Source of the DNA: Octopus sinensis
Lineage: Eukaryota
NCBI RefSeq assembly: GCF_006345805.1
Contig: NW_021827107.1
Coordinates: forward strand, 1-10,991
Direction: 5' to 3'
DNA: 10,991 bases
Translations under genes and position numbers: made by a program
Shown here: piece by piece, positions 1-9,064 of the stretch
Layout: each line of letters begins with the position of its first letter
How positions within the stretch are numbered: the first letter of the stretch is position 1
The notes under the pieces: generated by a model
What the model was told of the DNA's origin: nothing
Seen by the model: only the letters and a program-made list of their open reading frames with translations
Databases searched by the model: none

Positions 1-130
1 AAATGTCACTTGACGGAATACGTTGTTGCCAGAGAGTCCGAGTGTTATTTCTGATACATTCATTACCATTATATACGATTTGAGTTCGAATACCGTGAAG
101 GAAAAATTATAATTTGGTTGTTTCAATCGT

Positions 131-776
131 CTGCATGCACTCGAATATCTAAACACATATACCAGTTCATATATAGTAGCGTATAAGCAATTTAAGTATT
201 TATACACGAAAGAGGTGACTTTTGACAGGACAACTTACATGCTAGCAGGGGCAGTCAAAGACCAAACTTCAATAAGCTCCTAGACGTATGATGAGTTCGT
301 TTTCGTGACTTTTTCTTAAATTCTGAAGTAAATCGGATGTTGTTAGTCCTGGAAACGGTTGGGTTGTATTTGTCTCAAAATGATCGAAGAACCGTATACG
401 ACAGCGAAATAGCTGTATGACTTTAGCGAAAAGCTGAGGTCTGATATTTATTATATAATTGCACATATTCTTTATGTATATATTTAATTATGAAATATAT
501 ATGTACTCGTATAGACCTTATCATGAAATATAGATGTATAGATATAATTTATTTGTGCATTGATACAGAAACCCGAGTCTGAGGAACTACAAACATAATT
601 TTTATTTGTTCATTCCCTTTGAAATTGATCTTATTTGAGGTTTGGTCTTTGACTGCCCTTGTTAGCCTGTAAGGTGTCCTGTCAAAAGTCACCTCTTTCG
701 TGTATGAATACTTAAATTGCTTATACGCTATTATATATGAACTGGTATATGTGCTTATACATTCGTGTGCATGCAG
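131..776. mobile_element. Long inverted repeat (arms 131-276 and 630-776, 353-bp spacer); foldback/MITE-like or Penelope-like element with inverted terminal repeat
   Basis: Hand alignment of 131-276 with the reverse complement of 630-776 gives 11 substitutions plus 1 indel (~92%), e.g. shared TATACACGAAAGAGGTGACTTTTGACAGGACA. No target-site duplication found. The repeat itself is certain; the element class is inferred. Confidence 0.8.
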
Positions 777-1015
777 TCGCACGCGCATCCCGAAAATTAT
801 TTCTGAAAATATACCAATATATAACTAACAGTTATTGACTATATATGAGGTTGCTATGTAACGCTAAGCTATCTTTCATCGTCTTTTATTTGTCTATGAA
901 AACATGATTAAGTGCATATGTAAGCATTTATATACAAGAGGCGGGATTAAACTGCTCAACGCATCTTTTATACTTATATGAAAATGACGAACAATTTGAA
1001 GTAATTTGGCCTGCT

Positions 1016-1049
<34 letters not shown>

Positions 1050-1052
<3 letters not shown>

Positions 1053-1925
1053 GGTACGATGGGTAAATTATTGCCATTTCATATCTTTAATTTCGTGCAT
1101 GCACATACCTTATTTTGGATTTTGTCGATACACAGTATAATAGGGTCAGTTGGAAACCATGAGAAAAGCAGCACCATGACGCAATTTACTCTGGCAGAAA
1201 TTTCAAGAAAAAATGCTGTACTGCTAAGCATTCGCGCCGGAAACTCCAATATGAACATTTCAGACTGTTGGGTGCCAAACTCTGTCCCCCATAACAAGTA
1301 CTGATAGTGATAAAATCCAAATATCCAGTTAACATCATAGTGTTTGGAGTGATCACTAGTGATGGTGAAGTTATGCCTCCACCTATCTTCCAACAGAGCG
1401 TCAGACTCAACAAGTAGGCTTATATCAAGTGTCTGGAGGAGGTAGTGATGCCATTGGGTCAAGATCGTGGCTGCTGGAAGGGATTATGTCTGGCAACATG
1501 CCACCGTACCATGCCACACACAACCAGGAGAATAGAGTCATGACTGTCAGGCAATTCCTCGATCACATCACACCTAACATCTGGACATCTAACACCCTAG
1601 ATTGCAACACCGTTCATTATTATGTGTGACGAGCAGCTGAGTGAGAGACTAACTTGTAACACTAAAGGTGAACTGAAGGCAAGGGTTATGGCAGCATTCA
1701 CCAGCTTAAAACAAGGCGGCCTGAAATCTACAAAAGAGTTGTAGATTTCGAAGGAATCTGAAGGTCGTGGTTGAGGTCAATGACGATTTTAATTGAATAA
1801 ATTTACTCATTACAATTCTAAGATAGTTTTATTTAATTTTGGTAAACATATCTGCTAAATGAGATGCCAGTGTTATTTTCATTTTTGCAAAACCTAGACA
1901 ACAAAATATTCCTCGCCACACACTA
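1050..1925 (+). mobile_element. Internally deleted, degenerate Tc1/mariner DNA transposon (probably DD37D/maT family)
   Basis: Starts TA|CAGGGT at the edge of a (TA)n tract. A degenerate reverse-complement TIR lies at ~1897-1925 and is followed by (TA)n. Contains transposase-like peptide remnants (next feature). The family call rests on recalled motifs because the catalytic residues are decayed. Confidence 0.85.
1176..1800 (+). pseudogene. Transposase pseudogene (N-terminal ~33 codons fused to the C-terminal DDD/E region)
   Basis: ATG at 1176: MTQFTLAEISRKNAVLLSIRAGNSNMNISDC. From ~1312, across stops and frameshifts: KYPVNIIVFGVITSDGEVMPPPIF..RLN.*AYIKCLEEVVMP / WVKIVAAGRDYVWQHATVPCHT / DHITPNIWTSNTLDCNTVHYYV* / CNTKGELKARVMAAFTSL / CRFRRNLKVVVEVNDDF..IE* ending at 1800. 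These match the Tc1/mariner motifs WQQDxAPxH and WPxxSPDxNPxDY. Confidence 0.85.
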
Positions 1926-1927
1926 TG

Positions 1928-1945
1928 CATATATATATAAGTATA

Positions 1946-2011
<66 letters not shown>

Positions 2012-2027
2012 ATATATATATATATAG

Positions 2028-2065
<38 letters not shown>

Positions 2066-2226
2066 GTATGTATGTATGTATGTATATATATATATGTATA
2101 ATTATTAATGTATGTATATATATATCAGGTGGTGCTATTAAGTTAGACATGCCTGGACCAATCTTTGGTCGAAACATATCTTAGTTTATCTAAGTTTATA
2201 TGTATATATATATGTATATATAATAT

Positions 2227-2286
<60 letters not shown>

Positions 2287-2321
2287 CTGTCTGTGTTTGT
2301 GTGTGTGTGCTTGTGTGTGTA
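1928..2321. repeat. (TA)n/(TATG)n/(GT)n compound microsatellites with a short unique island (~2127-2196)
   Basis: Directly visible dinucleotide and tetranucleotide runs. Confidence 0.95.
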
Positions 2322-2795
2322 GCATAAGGGGCAAACTTTCAGAGGATGAATTTTTCAGCTATAAATTTATGTATAAAATATATGGGAATTAATATCAGTT
2401 TGAATATATCACCTTAAATAGACTACAAAAGATATAGAAAATTAAAGGGTCGGAAAAATGTTGTTATAAGTGCGACAGCTGTTTCTGGAGTCTCCGCGAT
2501 CCATAATTAGGTTGGTAGATTTAGTTTATCGCAAAAACAAAAATTAAAAAGATTTAGTTCATCGCAATATGCGAGCGTATGTATGCAATGAATATTGTAT
2601 GAGACGAGGCTCCGCCATCAGAGTAGAGAGCATTTTCCCCTATTGTATTTGCTTCAATAATAATACTGCGACAATGCTGCGGCACAAACTTGAAGGGTTT
2701 AATGAAAAGAATCGATTCCAATACTTCTTTGATAACCAAGAGATAGTGGAACCAGTTCTACTACAGTATTTTTTTCTCTTCGTCTCTTTTACCGA

Positions 2796-2939
2796 TATAT
2801 AAATAAATACATAAATATATATATACACATATATATATATGTGTATATATATATATAATATATACATACATATACATATGTATATACATATATATATACA
2901 TACATATATATATATACATATATATATATATACATATAT

Positions 2940-2982
<43 letters not shown>

Positions 2983-3112
2983 CATATTTTGTATATATAT
3001 ATATGTGTTATATATATATATACATATTTATATATATATACATATTTAATATATATATATATATATATATTATATATTATATACACATTTTATATATATA
3101 TAATAATATACA
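2796..3112. repeat. (TA)n/(TACA)n microsatellite tract
   Basis: Directly visible. Confidence 0.95.
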
Positions 3113-3296
3113 TTGTTTATAATATCTACAACGTCTATTGTAGATTTCAGGAAAATAAATCGCAAATAAAATGTTCGGTTGATTCTTAGAGAGAAATATA
3201 TTGAAAATTGCGGTTAATAGATACCTTGGGAGATGCGTGTCATCATAATTAAAGAGCTATTGATAATACATTGTAATAATTCCAATATTTTTTTAG

Positions 3297-3355
3297 AAGT
3301 GTCTTATATGAAATCTGTTTAATTCTACCAACGAAAGCAGAGAGGGAAAAAAATG
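3297..3355 (+). other. Candidate 59-nt exon (unverified)
   Basis: Acceptor TATTTTTTTAG| at 3296 and consensus donor ATG|GTAAGT at 3355/3356. One frame is open ([19 protein letters not shown]); alternatively a 5' exon ending in AAAATG. No recognisable homology. Confidence 0.25.
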
Positions 3356-3386
3356 GTAAGTGCCAATAAGCGTATCAATATAATGA

Positions 3387-3467
3387 CATATATACATATG
3401 TATTCTCTGATTTTCCTTGTGTGTATGTGTGTGTCTTTGTGTAGTGTATGTAAAGGTGTGCCTCGTC

Positions 3468-3499
<32 letters not shown>

Positions 3500-3900
3500 A
3501 AATATACATTTATATATATAATCATATATATATACATATATATATATACATGTATATATATATAAATATACATATATAGACACACACACACATATATATA
3601 TACACATATATATATATATATACATGCATATGTATATATGTATATATACGCATCATATTTATATGGCGTACGTATATATGTATATATATGTATCAATATG
3701 TGTGTGCGTATGCGTGTTTTTTACCTCTGAATCTGTGCGCGTGTCTGCGTGGGCAATATTCCTGTGTCCTTATATATATATATGTATGTATATATATATA
3801 TATATAAATATATATATATGTGTATGTATGTATATGTAAACGTATGTATATGTGAGATTTTGTTACCGTGCAGTCATATATACATATATATACACACCCA
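3387..3900. repeat. Mixed (TA)n/(CA)n/(TG)n microsatellites
   Basis: Directly visible. Confidence 0.9.
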
Positions 3901-4261
3901 TACACGCGTCTTGGTTCTCTGTGCGTTTTTGAGAAGCAAGAATATTAAGAAACTCATTCACAACGTTGAATGAGATTTCCTTAACAACTGGTGATTATTA
4001 CGAAGTAATTCACTGGTTGTCAATCCCCTCGTGGGACACTACAATTTTCAAATTGTGTTTCATAAAGTGTCATTTAGTAGAGTCTTTCATTATACACTTT
4101 ATTTCAATCTGTAGCTTATTCACTGCAATAAGACAGCAGACGCTTTCTCTAAGAAATATATCGGAATGTCTTCTCTCTGAACCGTCTTTCTTCCACCATT
4201 CTCTCTTTGTTCCATGGCTCTCTCTCTTCACCGTTTTAATGTACGCGTGCAACACACATAA

Positions 4262-4283
4262 GTGTATATATGTATATGTATAT

Positions 4284-4342
<59 letters not shown>

Positions 4343-4364
4343 ATATATATATAGATACACACAC

Positions 4365-4395
<31 letters not shown>

Positions 4396-4426
4396 TTATA
4401 TGGCTCGTGTGAGTATATGTGTGAAC

Positions 4427-4492
<66 letters not shown>

Positions 4493-4615
4493 AGACATAA
4501 GTAGATAGATAGATAAATATATAGAATGTCCGTTTGCACAAAGTTACACTTACGTACACGCCTGTATATTTATATATTCCAGGGCATAGATAATATATAT
4601 GTTGTGTTCTGTGTT

Positions 4616-4705
<90 letters not shown>

Positions 4706-4825
4706 CATATATGTTTTTCGTACAAATATATATATATACACACCCAGACACACTTACACACATACACACACACATATATATATGCACATACATACTTATG
4801 TACGTAAAGGTACGTATATAATATA
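4262..4825. repeat. (TA)n/(TG)n/(CA)n microsatellites
   Basis: Directly visible. Confidence 0.9.
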
Positions 4826-4862
4826 AAAGGACAGGAGAAAATTGTAAAGCAGAAGTCGATGA

Positions 4863-4908
4863 CGAAGAAGGTGCTGAAGAAGAAGAAAAATAAGTAGAAG
4901 AAGAAGAG

Positions 4909-4940
<32 letters not shown>

Positions 4941-5238
4941 GAAGAAGAAGAAGAAGAAGAAGAAGAAGAGAAGAAGAAGTAGAAGAAGAAGAGGAAGAAG
5001 AAGAAGTAGAAGAAGAAGAAGAAGAAAAAGAAAAGAAGAAGAAGAAAATGAGGAGGAGGAGGAGGAGGAGAATGAGAAGAAGAAGGAGAAGAAGAAGAAA
5101 AGAAGAAGAAAAAGAAGAAGAAAAAGAAGAAGAGGTGGTAGAAGAAGTAGATAAGAAGAAGAAGAAGAAGAAGAAGGAGAAGTAGGACGAGGAGGAGAAG
5201 AAGAAGACGATGATGATGATGAAGAAGAAGAGGAAAAG
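4863..5238 (+). repeat. ~375-bp (GAA)n/(GAG)n polypurine tract with GTA/GAT interruptions
   Basis: Directly visible; almost purely purine on the + strand. Confidence 0.95.
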
Positions 5239-5266
5239 AATGACTACACCACTGTACCAGAACATA

Positions 5267-5323
<57 letters not shown>

Positions 5324-5389
5324 AGTGTGCGTGTGTTCCTGTGTGTGTATGTGTGTGTGTGTGTACATATATCTATATTCATTGCTTCA

Positions 5390-5497
5390 CAGCTTAAGCG
5401 CTCTTTGTTTTTATTAAATATTCCTTCATTTTCTTCAACTTGCTCCGCAGCTAAATTATATCGAAATGAACATCCTACGGCTTATTGCAATTTGCTT
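5390..5497 (-). mobile_element. Possible hAT-like transposase fragment
   Basis: Minus strand reads KANCNKP / (frameshift) VGCSFRYNLAAEQVEENEGIFNKNKERLS. This resembles the hAT CxxHxxNL motif as I recall it in context (PLVGCASHRFNLAV). The His is absent and the fragment is short. Confidence 0.35.
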
Positions 5498-5595
5498 TTT
5501 TTTTTCATATTTTCAATATAAATTATTTTCAGAAATATTATATATATATATGAAAGAATCTTATATTAAATGTTTTATACTTTTATTAATATATA

Positions 5596-5815
5596 TATCA
5601 TGAACATCATCACCATCTTCATCATCATCATCATCATCATCACCATCGACATCATCGTCATCCTCATCATCTTCTTTACGATTTATTTGTCTTTCTTCCT
5701 TCTTTCTTCAACATCATCATTATTTTCAGGATCTTTTTTTATCATGTTGATATTATTATTATTGTTTTTATTATTATTAATATAATTATCAGTCTTATTA
5801 TTATTATTATTATTA

Positions 5816-5857
<42 letters not shown>

Positions 5858-5910
5858 CTTCACCATCATGTAATCACCATCATGCAATTATCACCGTTAT
5901 TATCATCATT
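5596..5910. repeat. (ATC)n and (ATT)n trinucleotide microsatellites
   Basis: Directly visible; the (ATT)n core is ~5748-5857. Confidence 0.9.
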
Positions 5911-5994
5911 ATTACTTTTATTAATAGTAGTTGGAATAATTAAATGCTAATTAAATTTGTTGGGATGTTATTTTGAGGTTTGGTGTCGACACGC

Positions 5995-6475
5995 CTTCTC
6001 AAATCTCAAGTATCTCTTTTTAGGATTCTTAAAGACTACATTATAACACTGAAAGTTTCAATTCTGTTTCCCGTTCCTCTACAGCAGGACTTTCATGTTC
6101 GCTTTGTTTTCGTTGATAATATCAGAGCTTTTTACTTCAACATTACGGTCATTTTTTTTTTTGGAAAGTCTCATAACATTCAGCAACTCTCATTCTTTCT
6201 CACAACCTCTGTTTCGTGCCTAAACCACTTTTTTACTGTTTCCAATGCAGTCTTTCAGCTAATTTGTTGTGCGTGCGAGTGTAATCATTTGAGTAAATGC
6301 AGTTTACTTTCGTCTCCTTTTCTGCAGATTCTGCGTATGTTCTCTGACTGATTTTTGCCGATCATTGTCTTCAACAGATTTGTGCTATTGAATTGTTCGT
6401 GGGCGGCTATAATTAGTGCTTCGATTCAGGAACGTACCAGTTTTCCATCTTCCAATATCCTTCCTTTCTTGCCTG
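5995..6475 (-). mobile_element. R4/Dong-like non-LTR retrotransposon fragment 1 (CCHC finger + restriction-like endonuclease region), degenerate
   Basis: Minus-strand frames give IEALIIAAHEQFNSTNLLKTMIGKNQSENIRRICRKGDESKLHLL / YTRTHNKLAERLHW / KKWFRHETEVVRKNESC*ML*DF / NDRNVEVKSSDII / AVEERETELK. These are collinear with the recalled R4-clade pattern EsLIiAAQeQ..CRxC..E...H....RHd.....HW..W..H.PE...N....WDF...PD...E.K. Confidence 0.75.
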
Positions 6476-6526
6476 AAATGATCATGTAATTTTATTTTAT
6501 TCCATTGGCTTCCTCTGCTATATTTC

Positions 6527-6584
6527 CTAATCGTTGAGAGGACGTTGGTGTCGCCTTGGCAGATGTTTGCGCTGTCTGAGTGCT

Positions 6585-6587
<3 letters not shown>
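6527..6587 (-). mobile_element. ~60-bp GC-richer segment, likely the end of an unrelated non-autonomous dispersed repeat
   Basis: GAGAGCACTCAGACAGCGCAAACATCTGCCAAGGCGACACCAACGTCCTCTCAACGATTAG lies between (TAA)n and the LINE fragment and is not explained by the LINE frame. From memory it resembles an octopus dispersed repeat; not verified. Confidence 0.35.
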
Positions 6588-6634
<47 letters not shown>

Positions 6635-6639
6635 CATCA

Positions 6640-6736
<97 letters not shown>

Positions 6737-6770
6737 CATTATTACCAGTAGTAGTAGTAGTAGTAGTAGT
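6588..6770. repeat. (ATT)n then (AGT)n microsatellite
   Basis: Directly visible. Confidence 0.95.
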
Positions 6771-7195
6771 ACCAATATTTTTGAGCCAGGCTGGTAGTTG
6801 ATTGCTGATACTTCCAAGCGTTCTAATTAGCATTGTTGTCACGTCCATTCTCTTCATTCACCCCCAGCCTGCGTATTTCCCATCTCAATACGTCACAGAT
6901 GCTCAATTTTTTTCCTTCTTCCTCTTCGGTTCTGTTCTCACCGGGATATGCTAATAGCCATGCAAGTTTTATTATTTCTTTTTTTGGCTTTGTTTTTTTT
7001 TTTTTCTGTTCATCACAACAATGTCAGGTTTCGCTTTCAACTGAAATAGTCACACTGCATCATTGCAACCCACAGGATTTTGCAAACTTCATTCTCAGGA
7101 ACCCCTTCTGGTATTTGGCCATACTACATGCTACATCTTTCTAATCCACAATTTCCACAAATCTCCCAATGGATTATTTTAATCAAATTGTCATG
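6771..7195 (-). mobile_element. R4/Dong-like non-LTR retrotransposon fragment 2 (RLE domain), degenerate
   Basis: Minus strand: HDNLIKIIHWEICGNCGLERCSM*YGQIPEGVPENEVCKILWVAMMQCD / KPDIVVMNRK / AYPGENRTEEEEGKKLSICDVLRWEIRRL / MKRMDVTTMLIRTLGSISNQLPAWLKNIGT. Retains the PD motif and the 'IGALG'-like box of RLE endonucleases. Confidence 0.85.
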
Positions 7196-7379
7196 TGTGT
7201 GATTACTATGATTACTATTATTATTATTATTATAAAATATTACCAAAAATGAAATAGTTTATTTTTGAACGTGTGGAAGGGACGCCAAATGCCGAAATAT
7301 CGTTCACTTGATAACAATGGCACTCAACTTTTTTTCTTTGCTTCTGCATACCTACTGGAGGAGCTACCTTAATCCTATA

Positions 7380-7422
7380 AATTATTACTATTATTATTAT
7401 TATTATTATTATAGTAGTAGTA

Positions 7423-7485
<63 letters not shown>

Positions 7486-7527
7486 TGGCAGCAGCAGCAG
7501 CAGCAGCAGCGGCAGTAGTGGTAGTAG
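7380..7527. repeat. Compound microsatellite (TAT)n-(TAG)n-(CAG)n
   Basis: Directly visible. Confidence 0.95.
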
Positions 7528-7748
7528 TGGCAGAATAGTTAGCTCGCCGGGCGAAATGCTTAGCGGTATTTCATCTGCCGCAACGTTCTGTGTTCATATT
7601 CCGCCGAGGTCGACTTTGCCTTTCATCCTTTCGTGGTCGATAAATTAAGTACCGGTTACGCACTGGAGTCGATATAATCGACTTACTCAGTTTGTCTGTC
7701 CTTGTTTGTCCCCTCTGTGTTTAGTCCCTTGTGGGTAGTAAAGAAATA
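7528..7748 (+). mobile_element. tRNA-derived SINE, unit 1
   Basis: A-box-like TGGCAGAATAGTTAG, degenerate B-box GTTCATATTCC, core GAGGTCGACTTTGCCTTTCATCCTTTCG..GTCGATAAATTAAGTACC and tail ..GTGGGTAGTAAAGAAATA. Clearly homologous to 7931-8152 and to the reverse complement of 10630-10855. Confidence 0.9.
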
Positions 7749-7749
7749 A

Positions 7750-7918
7750 GTATTTCGTATGCCGCTACGTTTTGAGTTCAAATTGCACCGAAATCGACTT
7801 TGTCTTTTATACTTTCGGGTTCGGTAAAATAATACCAGTGAAATACTGGGGTCGATGTAATCGACTAGACCCCTCCCCCCAAATTTCAAGCCTTGTGCCT
7901 ATAGTAGAAAGAATTATT
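7750..7918 (+). mobile_element. 5'-truncated SINE unit 2 with the same head/core but a different 3' tail
   Basis: Begins GTATTTCGT (mid-head), has B-box GAGTTCAAATT and a diverged core with GGGGTCGATGTAATCGAC. Then a distinct tail CCCCTCCCCCCAAATTTCAAGCCTTGTGCCTATAGTAGAAAGAATT followed by (ATT)n. Confidence 0.8.
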
Positions 7919-7930
7919 ATTATCATTGTT

Positions 7931-8152
7931 AAAGCGGTGAGCTGGCAGAATCGTTAGCACGCCGGGCGGAACGCTTAGAAAGTATTTCGTCTGCGTTCAA
8001 ATTCTGTCGAGGTCGACTTAGCCTGTCTTCCTTTCGGGGTGGATTAAATAAGTATCAGTTACGCCTTGGGGTCGATGTAATCGACTTAATCCCCTTTTAT
8101 GTCCTTGTTTGTCCCCTCTGTCTTTAGCCCCCTGTGGGCAATAAAGAAATAA
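7931..8152 (+). mobile_element. tRNA-derived SINE, unit 3 (near full length, small deletion before the B-box)
   Basis: GCGGTGAGCTGGCAGAATCGTTAGCACGCCGGGCG..GTTCAAATTC..GAGGTCGAC..TGTCCTTGTTTGTCCCCTCTG..GTGGGCAATAAAGAAATA. Confidence 0.9.
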
Positions 8153-9038
8153 ATATGTTTTGTCACTGAAATATGCAATAGATATAGGATACCTCTTAAA
8201 TATATGGGGTATATGATATGAAGATGTTATGTAAAAATTAGTAATACAACGCAAAAGAAGCTTTGTTTAATTCAACAAAAATCTCAACGATTTTTGTAAA
8301 CAAGGGTATCAGAATATATGGCATTCTAAAAATTTCTGCAATATATTTTAAACTTTGTGAGTTATTGTGCTACTCACAAAAGAGAACACAGCGAAAAAGG
8401 CAAAAAACAAAACGAGGAAAAACTGTAGTTTTAACTGTCAACAGAAACTTCAGTAAAGGTAAACAAATCAACAAGAAAAACAATAAAATAGAATTCCCAT
8501 ACTAGAGTTACGCAGCCAGATATTTCCTAGATATTTCATCATGTTCATAGTTTATAGCAATCTCATTAGTGACCCAAAGGTTTTCAACTTTGAACAATTA
8601 TTTAAAGCAGAAAATTGAAATGTTGTTTCATGACCTGAAACGTTCTTCATTTGAGTTTTATAAATTTTATATTAACATTTATTTTAAATCATTATTGATT
8701 GCTTCTTTCCTTCCTTCTTTCTATATTTTTCCTTTCTTTTTGTGTATATTTTTTTAAACTATTTTTCATAATTCTCACAGCTTGCAGCCTTATAAATTGC
8801 TTCCTTACTATCAGAACAAACAATAAAACTTCTTGGAATTTAATTACAAATCTCTGTCTAATTTAATTTAATTCACATAAATATATCTTATATATTTTCT
8901 ATGTTTATTTTCGTTTTTGTTTTGTTTTTGTTTTTGTTTTTTGGCTTGTTGTTGATTCTTTTCCATTTTTGCGTTTCATAATCATCGTAATTTTTCTCGC
9001 TGCTATTGATTTATTTTTCTTGTTATTTGCCATCTTAG

Positions 9039-9064
9039 CACGATAGAATCGTAGTAAACATCAG
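9039..9064 (+). other. Candidate 26-nt microexon (unverified)
   Basis: Acceptor TTATTTGCCATCTTAG| and donor CAG|GTGAGC. One frame is open, HDRIVVNI(S/R). Confidence 0.15.

Noticed and set aside
76-102. B-box-like GAGTTCGAATACC (possible tRNA or old SINE)
   Set aside because: No A-box or cloverleaf; too short to support.
579-625. CTGAGGA hammerhead-core match
   Set aside because: No stem II closing directly onto GAAA, and no stem I or III pairing.
1723-3148. TCTAC..GTAGAT hairpins reminiscent of Cas12a CRISPR repeats
   Set aside because: Only two copies 1.4 kb apart, no spacer periodicity, no cas genes, eukaryotic context.
3966-4412. 148-aa + strand ORF
   Set aside because: The C-terminal third is (TA)n, the rest has no recognisable motif, and there are no clear splice boundaries.
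1923-5521. Numerous IYIY/HTHT/poly-F,S,L ORFs in the ORF track
   Set aside because: Stop-free translations of (TA)n, (CA)n and (TTC)n microsatellites; no coding signal.
6492-6857. 121-aa poly-N ORF and its poly-I/L/Y alternative frames
   Set aside because: Chimera of the LINE fragment end (MKRMD..KNIGT), the (AAT)n tract and a short repeat; not a gene.
7240-7375. Minus frame ..KKVECHCYQVNDISAFGVPSTR.. as a third RLE-LINE fragment
   Set aside because: Only a vague match to the D(F/I)AVP motif; insufficient without a search.
8263-8757. Lys/Asn-rich and Phe-rich ORFs
   Set aside because: Explained by A-rich and T-rich base composition; no motifs.
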